NCBI RefSeq assembly: GCF_031409475.1
Contig: NZ_JANNXH010000004.1
Span: 7,314 to 71,313, forward strand
DNA: 64,000 nucleotides
From: Flavobacterium sp.
GTDB taxonomy: Bacteria > Bacteroidota > Bacteroidia > Flavobacteriales > Flavobacteriaceae
Direction of reading: 5' to 3'
The notes under the pieces are model-generated. The model was given only the letters and a program-made list of their open reading frames with translations. It had not been told where the DNA came from and did no database searches. The translations under genes and the position numbers were made by a program. Shown in pieces: positions 1 through 9,703 of the stretch; positions within the stretch are counted from its first letter, which is position 1; the number at the start of each line of letters is the position of its first letter.

Positions 1-1
1 C

Positions 2-3000
2 AGCGTTTGGAGCCGAAACATACCATTGGTACGTTAAATTTATTATATCACCCGGCAAGTCGTAACCTTCTGTTCCGGCTACAGTTAAGCTTGTTGCTTT
101 ACAAGTTGGTGTGTAAGATGGATGCGTTGTAACTGTTGGTGGTGTTCCTGAAATGAAATTGTAAACACCAATATCGGAATAATCGTTATTAGCACAATCT
201 GCACTAGTTGTTCCAATATAATCAATAATATTCCAATCAGCATTAGAATAAGTTGTCGATGGAAGCGACGGGGCTGTATTTTTTCTTCTAAAAGTAGCTC
301 CATCTGTTTGTGTAGCAAACATTGGTAAAGAAGATGTAGCCCAACTAGGATCTCCAAAAGTTCCCCAGCTGTCTATTTTTGTAGCACCATTAAACAAAGC
401 GATATGGTCATTCCCTTTCGAAGGAGAAAGTTGATAAGCATCAAAATTAATTCCTAAACCAGATATAATTTGAGCTGCCAATGAACCGTTACCATAGGGA
501 GTTGTACACAAATCATCATCCCCTAAAGCCACAGTATATGTTGAACCAGCAGCTAGAGTTACATTACTTAAATTTAGTGGAGATCCAGAATAGGCACCAC
601 CATTCGAGGCTGTGTTTATAGAATAGTTACTTAAAGATTTAGAAACGCCGGTTCCGTTATAAATTTCCACATAAGTCAAACCACCATAATTTGAATCTGT
701 AACTTCGCTGATAAATAAATCAGATGCTACATTGCCACCTTCGCAGGTATTTGCCTTATTATCTATAACTGTGAAAGCATTTGTTGCTTGACAACCTGTT
801 GCAATAGTGGTAACTAAATTTCCAGACGATGCTCCGGATGGAACAAAAACTTTAATTTGTGTAGCTGACACATACGTTACAGGAGTTGCGGCAACTCCAT
901 TAAAAGTAACAGTTGCGCCTGTTAAGTTGTTTGCTGTTGCATTAATTGTTATTTCTGTTCCTACAGGTCCAGAAGTTGGAGTAATGGTGTTTGTTGTTGT
1001 AGGGCAAATTCCTGTTCCTTGAATTACAAAATCATACGTTGATTCGTCAGAATCATTATTAGCAATCGTTAAAGTTGTATTTCTTGTTCCCGAAGCACTT
1101 GGACTAAAAGTAACTGTAAAATCGATACTACTTCCACCATTTACTGTAACCGGAAAAGTAATCCCAGAAACCACAAAATCACTTGAAGCTGTTCCTCCAA
1201 TCATTGAAATTGAAGTAATTGTTAAAGAATCAGTTCCTAAATTTTCAATTCTAAAATCTTTGGCTTGTGAAGACCCAATAGTTGTTGCAGCAAATAAAGT
1301 ATTATCTGTTCCTTGAGGCGTAGTATCTCCATCAGAAATAGATGGGTTTGAACCTACAATACCTCTGACATTAATTTCTCTATCTCTTCTGCCTTTAGTA
1401 ATGTAATTTGTAGATGGCGTTGTGGTAATTCCTGTAAAAGTTAACGTATTAACTCCAGTTGCACCGCCATCAGTCCAAGTAGTTCCATTCCATTGGGTTG
1501 CAACACAATTTGTTTCTGTACCGTTCACATCCGTATTAAAATAGTCAGCCGTTACAGTATAAGTTGGAGAGGTTAAAGTTCCAGATGTAGTTAATTTCCA
1601 AGATCTAGAAATATAATCGGTGGTAGCAAATAAACTAGAATGTTGACCAGTAGATAGTGCATAATCCTCAACTGCTATACCTAAATAAGCTGATGAAAAA
1701 GTTCCTGCGGTAAAATTCACTGTTGCAGGAGAATATTCTATTGTACCTGTTTTATCTCCAACTGGGAAACGATACGTTATACCAGTTGCAGTAATATTTT
1801 TTCTTAAATTTCCGGTTGCTGTTACATCAGAAATTACAAAACTATTTGCTGAATCTCCAAAAGTATTGCTACACGTTGATGCTAGAGTCATTGTATTTGC
1901 AGCTAAATCAATCAATCCATTCGTTAATGTTAAAGCCGTATTTATTGTAACTGCAGAACCCATCGTACAGCCTACTAATATAGCCTCACGATTCATAGTA
2001 AATGTTCCTAAATTAAAATCAGTCGCAAATTTTAAAGTTCCTAAACTTCCTGTTCCATATAAAGTTAGATTTGAAGTTGTGCTTCCTTTAAAAGTTCCAT
2101 TTGTTCCTGTAACTGTATTTGTTCGCCCAGCAGTTCCTAATGTTAATGTATTTCCTGCACTTCCATTAATATCAAAAACATTAGCTGCTGTTCCAAAATC
2201 AATAGAATCTCCTCCAGCTGTTGGGGTTGTAATATTTAAACTAGTTGCTGGAGATGATGCTAATTGTACTGTAGTTGTTCCGCTTGCTGGGGTAAATAAT
2301 ATTTTATTAAATGTTGGTGTGCTCGATGCTGTTATTATTTGAGTTCCGGTTTTTGTAAAAAATATAGCCCTATTTTTTGTATCAAAAGAATAACCTGAAG
2401 TAAAAGTTATATTTCCTCCAATTTTTAAATCATCGCCATTTGCAAAACCTAAAGTCATATTCCCAGCGGAAATTAGGTTGCCAGAAACTGTCAATGCTCC
2501 AGCAGATGAAACACTACCATAATCCATATAAAATATAGAGCCAGTATCTATAGTTAAATTCCCAGCAATCCCTTTTGGTCCAGAATTTCCAGCATTTATA
2601 TAATTTAAAGTAGTAGTATTACTTATTTGAACATTTGTTGGCAATCCTATTGTTCCAACAGCTGCAATATCAGCAGTCCACTCTAACTGACGGTTGTATA
2701 TTGTATTCGAATTATATTGTAGCGTAGAACTTGCTCCGTATTTTGGAGAGTTGCCAATACAAAATCCATTTGCATTAATTTGTAGCTTTCCGTTTATAGT
2801 AACCAATGAACCCGTACCACAATTTAAACCATTTTGCAAATCGACAGTAGTAGTGTTGGTTGCCGATGTAGTCAAAGTTCCGCCGTTGGTAACGGTAATT
2901 GTGTTTGAAGTTATTGCAAATTTACCGTTTGTGGCTGAACTTGTAATAAAGCGATTTCCTCCGTTCAAATTCAGATTCCCTCCACCAGAAAGAGTAAGTG

Positions 3001-5965
3001 TTTGTCCGTTTAAATCTATTGTACTTGATGCATGAGTTGATGACAACGACAATCCAGAACTTGACGTTACATTAATAGCTGTTCCAGTTGCGGGACTTAA
3101 AGTTCCGCTTCCTGCAACTGTTAAATAATTAAAGGTTTCCAAAGTTCCTCCAGTTACTGTAACGATTTGTGAAGTACTCGTGCTTCTATTAAAAATCACC
3201 GCTCTATTATTTTGAGTAAATGAAGCTGTTGATACTCTCGTCCAGTTTCCTGCGAGATACAAATCTCCACTCGTTGCATTCAATGTTAGATTTCCGCTAC
3301 TAATATTTAAACTTCCTGCCATACCACGGTTGCTATTTGGCATTGAAAGCGTAGTGCTATTTTGAATTGTTACGTTATTAGGAACTCCAGAACCAGCAGC
3401 TGTGCTATTGCCTGTCCATTCATTAGAAACTCCGTAAGTACCCGTTGTATTGTAAATTAATGTTGATGAACCACCATAAGTTGGCGTAGCGCTTACACTA
3501 CTACCACTATTGAGCTGCAAGGTTCCATTAATAGTGGGTATGGTTGTCAAAGTAGTCGTGCCATTGATAGTTAGATTATTAAAAGTAATTGCGGTAGCGC
3601 CATTTATCGTTCCTGCTCCTGCAAAAACTACGTTACCAACAGTACTTGAAGTTACTGTTCCTGTATTAGTTAACGAACCACCTGCGTTGATGGTTAGTGT
3701 GCCTGCTGTAGTCCAAGACATCGTGCCGCTATTGTTAATGCTGCCTGTTATAAGGTTTGCATTAGAAGCTCCTGTGACAAATGAAATAGTCCCTGCATTT
3801 ACAATACTTCCAGATGTTGCTGAACCTCCTGCAGAGAATGTTAATATACCAGTACCAACCGTTGTGATAGCTCCAGTAACTGTCAATGCTCCTGATGCTC
3901 CATTAATATTCATAGTGATTCCCGTCAATATGGTCATAGTGGCAAAAGGTGTATTAGTTGTTACTGCTGCAAGTGTTTGATTGTGTGCGAGCGTAACCGT
4001 ACTGTTTGCCAGCGGCACAGAACCTCCTAACCATCTTAAAACGTTATTTATATCACCCGCACTTGAAGTTATATACCCCAAAAAGTTAAAGGATGGAACC
4101 GTTACAGACGTAACAGGAGTTGGGTTAGCCACCACAACATTTCCTGTAAAATTAATTCCTGTGTTTGCAACAACAGCAGTTAATTGAGAAGCACTAATAA
4201 AAGTAACTGTTGACGCAACACCATTAATTGTTACCGTTGAATTAGACTGAAAATTAGTACCATTAATAGTAATGGTTTGTCCTTTAAATCCTGTATTGTT
4301 AGCTTGCACTGTAACGCCAGTAACAGCAGTTGGAACTATAGAAGTAACCGTTGGTGTTAAAGAAAGTGCCGTGTAGGTATAGTTTGAACCACTGTTATCT
4401 GCATAATTTAATAAAGCATACGATTTATCTCCTTCACTAAGTGCAGTCAATGCAGCTTGGCTCATAGTTGAACTAAAAATATAATAATAAACAACAGCTC
4501 CATCTGCTTGGACAGGAATTGTAAAAGTAACTGTAGTTCCTGCAACACTACCAACTGCTGATATGGTTGAACCTCCCGTTGAAAAATCATTGGAAGCTGT
4601 TTTATACCTAACATAAAAATTTTCCTGGGATGAATTGGTAGTACTAATAGTTGCTGTTATAGTAGTAGTGCCATCGTTATTTAAAGTTCTTTGTGTACCT
4701 GTATTATGAGTCATTGTAACAGGTGCATTGGTTGTAAAGCCAGTATAATAACCCGTGCCACTGTAACCATTGTCTTTCAATATAAATGTGTAATGACCAG
4801 CTGTTCCCATATTGAATCCCATATCTGTTGAGCCATTATAAGCCGTGCCATTTATTGCATCAACTGTACCCTGACCAACTCCGCCAAATGCCCATTTGTT
4901 TGCATAAGTTCCCGTTGAGCCACAACCTCCGCCTGAAGTGAACAAAAATCCTGAACTGCCACCGCCGCTCATATTAAGCGGTGTTAGATCACCACCTGAA
5001 GCTTGAACGTTTACCGTATTTACCCATTGCCCACGTCCATCTGTTGGAGTTGATGCTGTTGTGTTTACTTTTCTGTATTTGAGTACCCGATAATCTCCAT
5101 AGGTACAATTGATAGGCTGAGAATAACTATTTATTTGACCTACAAAGTTTACTCCATCACCGCCAAAAATATTTGTACTAGGATTAGTGACAACCACATT
5201 ACCCGTTGTCGCGGAAGTTAAAGGTGCTGATGCAGCAGTTATTGTATACGTATCTGCCTGATTAAAAGCGACATTGTTAAAAGTGGCAACACCCGCAACT
5301 GCATTGGCGGAAAGTGTTCCGCTCATTGTGCCAGTTCCACTTGCTTTGGTCAGTGTAACTGTTCCTGTAAATGAAGGAACAAGCACATTCCCAGCATTTC
5401 TACCCTCGACCGTGAAACTTGATACTGGTGTTCCAGTTGTGCCTGTAGTTGGCACGCTTACTAAAGCTAATTGGGTGGGTGTATTGACAAACCCTGTCCA
5501 AGAAATATCATCGATTTTTATTTGAGCTCCAGAAGTTCTTAATTCTAAAACTATATTGCCTGAAATATTTATTGCTTGAGAATAACTTACAACTACATCC
5601 GATGTAGTTGAGACCGTTATTGTTGAACCAATTTGAACTCCATTAACCCAAACTTCAATACTTCTCGTACTTGTTCCTGTAAATGCTCTCACATAATTAA
5701 AAGTAAGTGTTCCGATACCACCAGCGTAAGTAGGAGATGTTACAGTGCCAAGACCACTTGTACAAATTGCTTTCCCAGTTAAAGTTTCATCAGTTCTTGC
5801 TAATGTTGCACTCCAAGTAACTCCATTTGTACCTGTCCAACTTCTTGTAAGATAGTTCGTCGGAGAAGCTGTTGGAATATTTAAAAAGTTTTCTGAACCC
5901 TGCCCATACGAACTTCCAAAACCCACAAACAAAGCAATCGCAATAAATAGTAATTTTATTTTCAT
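2..5965 (-). CDS. Large secreted multi-domain surface/adhesin-like protein (signal peptide, Ig-like and beta-helix-like regions, choice-of-anchor D-like, IPT/TIG and lamin-tail-like domains); 3' end outside the window, probable T9SS cargo
   Basis: ATG at 5965 (MKIKLLFIAIALFVGFGSSYGQ, Sec signal). The same minus frame is read at every point checked down to base 2 (...TYQWYVSAPNA). Motifs: FRIENLGTDSLTITSI...FTVTFSPSASGTRNTTLTIANNDSDESTYDFVIQG (~1020-1260), TPTSGPVGTEITI (~930-980), LFISEVTDSNYGGLTYVEIYNG (~650-720). Absent from the ORF track because its stop lies beyond the edge. Confidence 0.85.
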   Translation of the reverse strand, partial: MKIKLLFIAIALFVGFGSSYGQGSENFLNIPTASPTNYLTRSWTGTNGVTWSATLARTDETLTGKAICTSGLGTVTSPTYAGGIGTLTFNYVRAFTGTSTRSIEVWVNGVQIGSTITVSTTSDVVVSYSQAINISGNIVLELRTSGAQIKIDDISWTGFVNTPTQLALVSVPTTGTTGTPVSSFTVEGRNAGNVLVPSFTGTVTLTKASGTGTMSGTLSANAVAGVATFNNVAFNQADTYTITAASAPLTSATTGNVVVTNPSTNIFGGDGVNFVGQINSYSQPINCTYGDYRVLKYRKVNTTASTPTDGRGQWVNTVNVQASGGDLTPLNMSGGGSSGFLFTSGGGCGSTGTYANKWAFGGVGQGTVDAINGTAYNGSTDMGFNMGTAGHYTFILKDNGYSGTGYYTGFTTNAPVTMTHNTGTQRTLNNDGTTTITATISTTNSSQENFYVRYKTASNDFSTGGSTISAVGSVAGTTVTFTIPVQADGAVVYYYIFSSTMSQAALTALSEGDKSYALLNYADNSGSNYTYTALSLTPTVTSIVPTAVTGVTVQANNTGFKGQTITINGTNFQSNSTVTINGVASTVTFISASQLTAVVANTGINFTGNVVVANPTPVTSVTVPSFNFLGYITSSAGDINNVLRWLGGSVPLANSTVTLAHNQTLAAVTTNTPFATMTILTGITMNINGASGALTVTGAITTVGTGILTFSAGGSATSGSIVNAGTISFVTGASNANLITGSINNSGTMSWTTAGTLTINAGGSLTNTGTVTSSTVGNVVFAGAGTINGATAITFNNLTINGTTTLTTIPTINGTLQLNSGSSVSATPTYGGSSTLIYNTTGTYGVSNEWTGNSTAAGSGVPNNVTIQNSTTLSMPNSNRGMAGSLNISSGNLTLNATSGDLYLAGNWTRVSTASFTQNNRAVIFNRSTSTSQIVTVTGGTLETFNYLTVAGSGTLSPATGTAINVTSSSGLSLSSTHASSTIDLNGQTLTLSGGGNLNLNGGNRFITSSATNGKFAITSNTITVTNGGTLTTSATNTTTVDLQNGLNCGTGSLVTINGKLQINANGFCIGNSPKYGASSTLQYNSNTIYNRQLEWTADIAAVGTIGLPTNVQISNTTTLNYINAGNSGPKGIAGNLTIDTGSIFYMDYGSVSSAGALTVSGNLISAGNMTLGFANGDDLKIGGNITFTSGYSFDTKNRAIFFTKTGTQIITASSTPTFNKILFTPASGTTTVQLASSPATSLNITTPTAGGDSIDFGTAANVFDINGSAGNTLTLGTAGRTNTVTGTNGTFKGSTTSNLTLYGTGSLGTLKFATDFNLGTFTMNREAILVGCTMGSAVTINTALTLTNGLIDLAANTMTLASTCSNTFGDSANSFVISDVTATGNLRKNITATGITYRFPVGDKTGTIEYSPATVNFTAGTFSSAYLGIAVEDYALSTGQHSSLFATTDYISRSWKLTTSGTLTSPTYTVTADYFNTDVNGTETNCVATQWNGTTWTDGGATGVNTLTFTGITTTPSTNYITKGRRDREINVRGIVGSNPSISDGDTTPQGTDNTLFAATTIGSSQAKDFRIENLGTDSLTITSISMIGGTASSDFVVSGITFPVTVNGGSSIDFTVTFSPSASGTRNTTLTIANNDSDESTYDFVIQGTGICPTTTNTITPTSGPVGTEITINATANNLTGATVTFNGVAATPVTYVSATQIKVFVPSGASSGNLVTTIATGCQATNAFTVIDNKANTCEGGNVASDLFISEVTDSNYGGLTYVEIYNGTGVSKSLSNYSINTASNGGAYSGSPLNLSNVTLAAGSTYTVALGDDDLCTTPYGNGSLAAQIISGLGINFDAYQLSPSKGNDHIALFNGATKIDSWGTFGDPSWATSSLPMFATQTDGATFRRKNTAPSLPSTTYSNADWNIIDYIGTTSADCANNDYSDIGVYNFISGTPPTVTTHPSYTPTCKATSLTVAGTEGYDLPGDIINLTYQWYVSAPNA

Positions 5966-6383
5966 AAAGTGTGTTCTAATTTTTTTCCATGCGTAATTAG
6001 GTCAAGTATATATTTGGTAGTATTGGGAAGGCTAAAATACAATCAAGATACGTACATTTCAAAATTTTTGGATTATGAAATTATTAACAAAACATACTTA
6101 TAACTTATTGTTTTTAAGGCAAGTAAAATTATATCGGTAAAGTGCAAATAAGTTCGATAAAAACGACACAAAACTGTTATTTCTTCTTTTTTGTAAGCCT
6201 TGTAGGATAAAGTCAAAAATGTGATGCCGCAAAAAAAATTATATTTATAATAAGGCATTTCTTACTTTGTTATTTTTTAGTTGTTATCCTATTCTTTTTG
6301 TTATATTAAACTGGTTCCTTTTAAGACCAATTGCTATTAAAAAATAATTGTTTTATTTCATTAATAAACTGTACTTTAGTTAC

Positions 6384-8420
6384 ATGAAAGTACTACAATT
6401 CCCTTTGGCGCGGATTACTATTGGGTTCATATTAGGCATTCTTCTTACGCATTATTTTCAGCCCAAACCGAATCATGTATTTGTGTTGCTTTTTGTTGCT
6501 GTTTGTGTTTTTGTAACTTCTTATTTCACTTCCAAAAAGACTTTTACAAACCCGATTTACTTTGGTTTAACCACCTATTTTCTTGCTTTTGGCATTGGCG
6601 CAAGCACGCAAATTATTCATACTCATTCTTTTCAAAAAAAAAATTATACGCATCATAAAAAAATTTATGAACAACCTCATTTGATCTCTGCAACCATTAG
6701 AGAAAAACTCCGAAGTTCATCGTATAGCGACCGTTATATTGTTTTAATAAAAAGCATTGATAGCGAAAATCGTTCGGGTAGAGTTCTTTTGAACATCAAA
6801 AAAGACAGCCTGAATCGTCCATTAACAATAGGTTCTCATGTTCAATTTTATGGTGATTTTGTTAAAAATACACCAGCAAAAAACCCCAACCAATTTGATT
6901 ACAGCAAATACCTCCGAAGCAAACAAATTTATGCACAGCTTTATGCCGATGCTAGTGAACTCAAAATAGGTTCGGGTGTTGAAAAAAACGTTTGGTATTA
7001 CACCTCGAGATTGCGAACAAGAATCATTGAGAATTTAGAAAAAAGCAATTTCAATAAAGCAGAACTCAACGTTGCCATTGCCTTAATTCTAGGGCAACAA
7101 CAGGAAATTTCGCCCGAAATTATCAAGGATTATCAATATGCTGGTGCGGTTCATATATTGTCGGTTTCGGGATTGCATATTGGATTTATCTTGCTGTTTG
7201 TAACGTTCTTGCTCCAACCTTTTCCTAACACAAAGCGTGGTTCGTTTATCAAATTGATTGTTATTCTCCTGTCGTTGTTTTCGTTTGGGTTAATAGCGGG
7301 TTTGGCACCATCTGTATTGCGCTCGGTTACGATGTTTTCGTTTGTCGCTGTTGGAATGTATTTGCGCCGAAGCACGAATATTTATCATACTTTACTAGTT
7401 TCGATGTTGCTCATTTTACTTTTTGAACCGTCGTTTTTGTTTGATGTGGGTTTCCAGTTGAGTTATGTTGCTTTGTTTTTTATTCTTTGGTTGCAACCAT
7501 TATTAGCCCAACTTTGGACGCCAAAAAATAAAATTGCGATTTATTTTTGGGACATTCTCACGGTTTCGTTTGCGGCACAAATGGGTGCTTTTCCTTTGAG
7601 TATTTATTATTTTCATCAGTTTCCGGGATTATTTTTTGTGACAAATTTAGTTATTATTCCGTTTTTGAGTTTGATCATGGCGTTGGGAGTTGTGGTCATG
7701 GTTTTGGCAGCGTTTGATTATGTTCCGCTTTTTCTCTCCAAAGCATTAGAATGGAGTATTTTTATTTTGAACAAAATCATCAATGCGATCGCCTCGTTAG
7801 AGCAATTTATCATTCGGGATATTCCGTTCAATTGGCAGTTGTTGTTGAGTGTTAATTTGGTTATTATTGCGACCATTCTTTGGTTTAAAAAACCTGGTTT
7901 CAATAGGCTTATTTTTGCTTTGGTTGCCGTAATTATTTTCCAAATTTCCTGTTTTGAAACGCATTGGAGGATACAAAACCAAAGAGAATTAGTAGTATTC
8001 AATTCAAAGAAAAATACGCTGATTGCTGAACGCATTGGCGAAAATGTGCTGTTATATGCTAATGACAGTCTTATGAAAACAGCCTGCAATAATCAATTTG
8101 TATCGGCATATTTAATGGGAAATTTTAGTCGTTTGACGGCTCGAAAAAAACTTGAAAATGTGATTTATTTTAAAGAAAATAAAATTCTGATTATAGACAG
8201 TTCTGGGGTTTATCTAAACGGAATTCATCCCGATATTGTCGTACTTACTCAGTCTCCAAAAATAAATTTAGAACGCTTTTTACAAACTGCAAAACCAAAA
8301 ATGATTGTTGCGGATGCCTCAAATTATAAAACGATTCAAAAGCTTTGGAAAGCCACTTGCTTGAAACAAAAAATCCCTTTTCACTCCACAAGTGAAAAGG
8401 GATTTTATAGATTAGATTAA
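6384..8420 (+). CDS. comEC: ComEC/Rec2 family competence protein
   Basis: Multi-TM protein with HILSVSGLHIG and PSVLRS motifs, FDVGFQLSY. ATG at 6384 preferred over the TTG at 6348. Confidence 0.9.
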   Translation: MKVLQFPLARITIGFILGILLTHYFQPKPNHVFVLLFVAVCVFVTSYFTSKKTFTNPIYFGLTTYFLAFGIGASTQIIHTHSFQKKNYTHHKKIYEQPHLISATIREKLRSSSYSDRYIVLIKSIDSENRSGRVLLNIKKDSLNRPLTIGSHVQFYGDFVKNTPAKNPNQFDYSKYLRSKQIYAQLYADASELKIGSGVEKNVWYYTSRLRTRIIENLEKSNFNKAELNVAIALILGQQQEISPEIIKDYQYAGAVHILSVSGLHIGFILLFVTFLLQPFPNTKRGSFIKLIVILLSLFSFGLIAGLAPSVLRSVTMFSFVAVGMYLRRSTNIYHTLLVSMLLILLFEPSFLFDVGFQLSYVALFFILWLQPLLAQLWTPKNKIAIYFWDILTVSFAAQMGAFPLSIYYFHQFPGLFFVTNLVIIPFLSLIMALGVVVMVLAAFDYVPLFLSKALEWSIFILNKIINAIASLEQFIIRDIPFNWQLLLSVNLVIIATILWFKKPGFNRLIFALVAVIIFQISCFETHWRIQNQRELVVFNSKKNTLIAERIGENVLLYANDSLMKTACNNQFVSAYLMGNFSRLTARKKLENVIYFKENKILIIDSSGVYLNGIHPDIVVLTQSPKINLERFLQTAKPKMIVADASNYKTIQKLWKATCLKQKIPFHSTSEKGFYRLD

Positions 8421-8429
8421 GAAAATTAT
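8352..8429 (+). repeat. Direct repeat copy 1 (comEC 3' end) flanking the PIN TA module
   Basis: Matches 9113-9189 with 6 substitutions and one 1-nt indel; last 42 bp identical. Confidence 0.9.
8370..8406. terminator. 15-bp perfect hairpin embedded in the comEC coding 3' end; likely terminator for the convergent minus-strand transcript
   Basis: AAAATCCCTTTTCAC-tccacaa-GTGAAAAGGGATTTT, encoding K-I-P-F-H-S-T-S-E-K-G-F. Confidence 0.6.
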
Positions 8430-8438
8430 GGTCTATTG

Positions 8439-8837
8439 TTACAAACTTAAAAATTCAAATCTTGAAATTGTAATTATTGGAGGAATTGAAATATGACTTA
8501 ATAATAGTTTGTCTCCAGTTACCAATATACTTTTTGTTTCAATACAAAGGTCGTACAAATAATTGTCGTCTTCGTCTGGAGCTTCTTTATATCGCTGCAT
8601 TATTTGAATGTTTTCGCAATTATTTTTTATTAAATCAACATATTCAATTCCTGGAAGAATTAAATGTTTTTTAATTTTTTTTCTCCCCAAAACATCTTCA
8701 ATCTCATTTACCATTTCGGGGCAAATGTAAATTTGCAGTTTTTTTTCTTCTATATAATTCAAAAGCGTCTTTTCGGAATTAGTAATAATGGCACTTACCC
8801 AAATATTGGTGTCAAGTACAAAACTATTATTCTGCAT
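8439..8837 (-). CDS. PIN-domain toxin of a type II TA system (VapC-like)
   Basis: FVLDTNIWVSA, DEDDNYLYDLC and LVTGDKLL acidic PIN motifs; overlaps the upstream small gene by 11 nt. Confidence 0.85.
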   Translation of the reverse strand: MQNNSFVLDTNIWVSAIITNSEKTLLNYIEEKKLQIYICPEMVNEIEDVLGRKKIKKHLILPGIEYVDLIKNNCENIQIMQRYKEAPDEDDNYLYDLCIETKSILVTGDKLLLSHISIPPIITISRFEFLSL

Positions 8838-9015
8838 TGTACGTTTTAGCGATTGTTTTTCTTGCCTTTCTACACTCTAAAACTATTTCATCAATTGACA
8901 ACAATTCTTGATTTTCCTGAATAATAATTGATTTATTTTCGAGTGAAAGTTTTTTTGCTAGTGCTAACAATGTCTTACCGTTTTTAGTTCGCTCATTAAT
9001 TTTGATTGTTACCAT
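8827..9015 (-). CDS. Putative antitoxin (62 aa)
   Basis: Small gene directly upstream of and overlapping the PIN toxin; -7 box TATGTTTG just upstream on the minus strand. Confidence 0.65.
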   Translation of the reverse strand: MVTIKINERTKNGKTLLALAKKLSLENKSIIIQENQELLSIDEIVLECRKARKTIAKTYNAE

Positions 9016-9112
9016 TTTAGTTTAATTTACATACAAACATACAAAAAAATGAAATGTGTATTATATTCAAAATCTAAATATTTATGGCTTTATAATTGAT
9101 TGATTTAAGAGC

Positions 9113-9189
9113 GCAACCTGTTTAAAACAAAAATCCCTTTTCACGCAACAAGTGAAAAGGGATTTTATAGATTAGATTAAGAAAATTAT
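9113..9189 (+). repeat. Direct repeat copy 2: orphan, frameshifted duplicate of the comEC 3' end including the hairpin
   Basis: gcaacctgtttaaaacaaaaatcccttttcacgcaacaagtgaaaagggattttatagattagattaagaaaattat; reads ATCLKQ(K/-1)IPFHATSEKGFYRLD*. Confidence 0.9.
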
Positions 9190-9650
9190 TTTGTTTTAAT
9201 AATTCCATTGGCAGCAGCCAACCAAGCTGCTGGTCCACCAGCAACATAACCCGTACTTCCTAGTCCTTTAAAATTAGGTTTCCCATCTTTTACGGTTGCA
9301 TTTGCAAACCAAATTGTAGGATAGCCTTGTATTGCGAAAGCTTGTTGCAAGTCTGCATTTTGTTTTTTGATTTGATCCGTTTGTGGTACTCGTCTCGGGT
9401 AATCTAATTCAACTAGAATTACATTTTCTTTAGCCCATTTTGCAAATTCTGGTTTTTTAAACACCTCGTTTTGCAAACGAATACACCAACCACACCAATC
9501 GCTACCTGTAAAAAACAACAACATTGGTTTTTTGGTTTTATTAGACATTGCAATTGCTTTATTGACATCGGTTTGCCAATTTAATTCTTGTGCTTGAACA
9601 GCAAATGAGCCCAAGACAAATAATACGATTAAAACTATTTTTTTATTCAT
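9186..9650 (-). CDS. Secreted thioredoxin-fold protein
   Basis: Signal peptide, FTGSDWCGWC (CxxC), GYPT cis-Pro motif. Confidence 0.85.
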   Translation of the reverse strand: MNKKIVLIVLFVLGSFAVQAQELNWQTDVNKAIAMSNKTKKPMLLFFTGSDWCGWCIRLQNEVFKKPEFAKWAKENVILVELDYPRRVPQTDQIKKQNADLQQAFAIQGYPTIWFANATVKDGKPNFKGLGSTGYVAGGPAAWLAAANGIIKTK

Positions 9651-9703
9651 GATTTTATTAATTTTTTACAAATGTAAACAAAAACAATACCAAAAAAAGT
9701 CGG

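Noticed and set aside
85-5525. Val/Pro-rich ORFs in the track (807, 1866, 2694, 3510, 3981, 5274 on +; 85-357 on -)
   Set aside because: All + ORFs start at positions divisible by 3 and are antisense shadows of the Thr/Gly/Asn-rich minus-strand gene; 85-357 is an alternate frame inside it.
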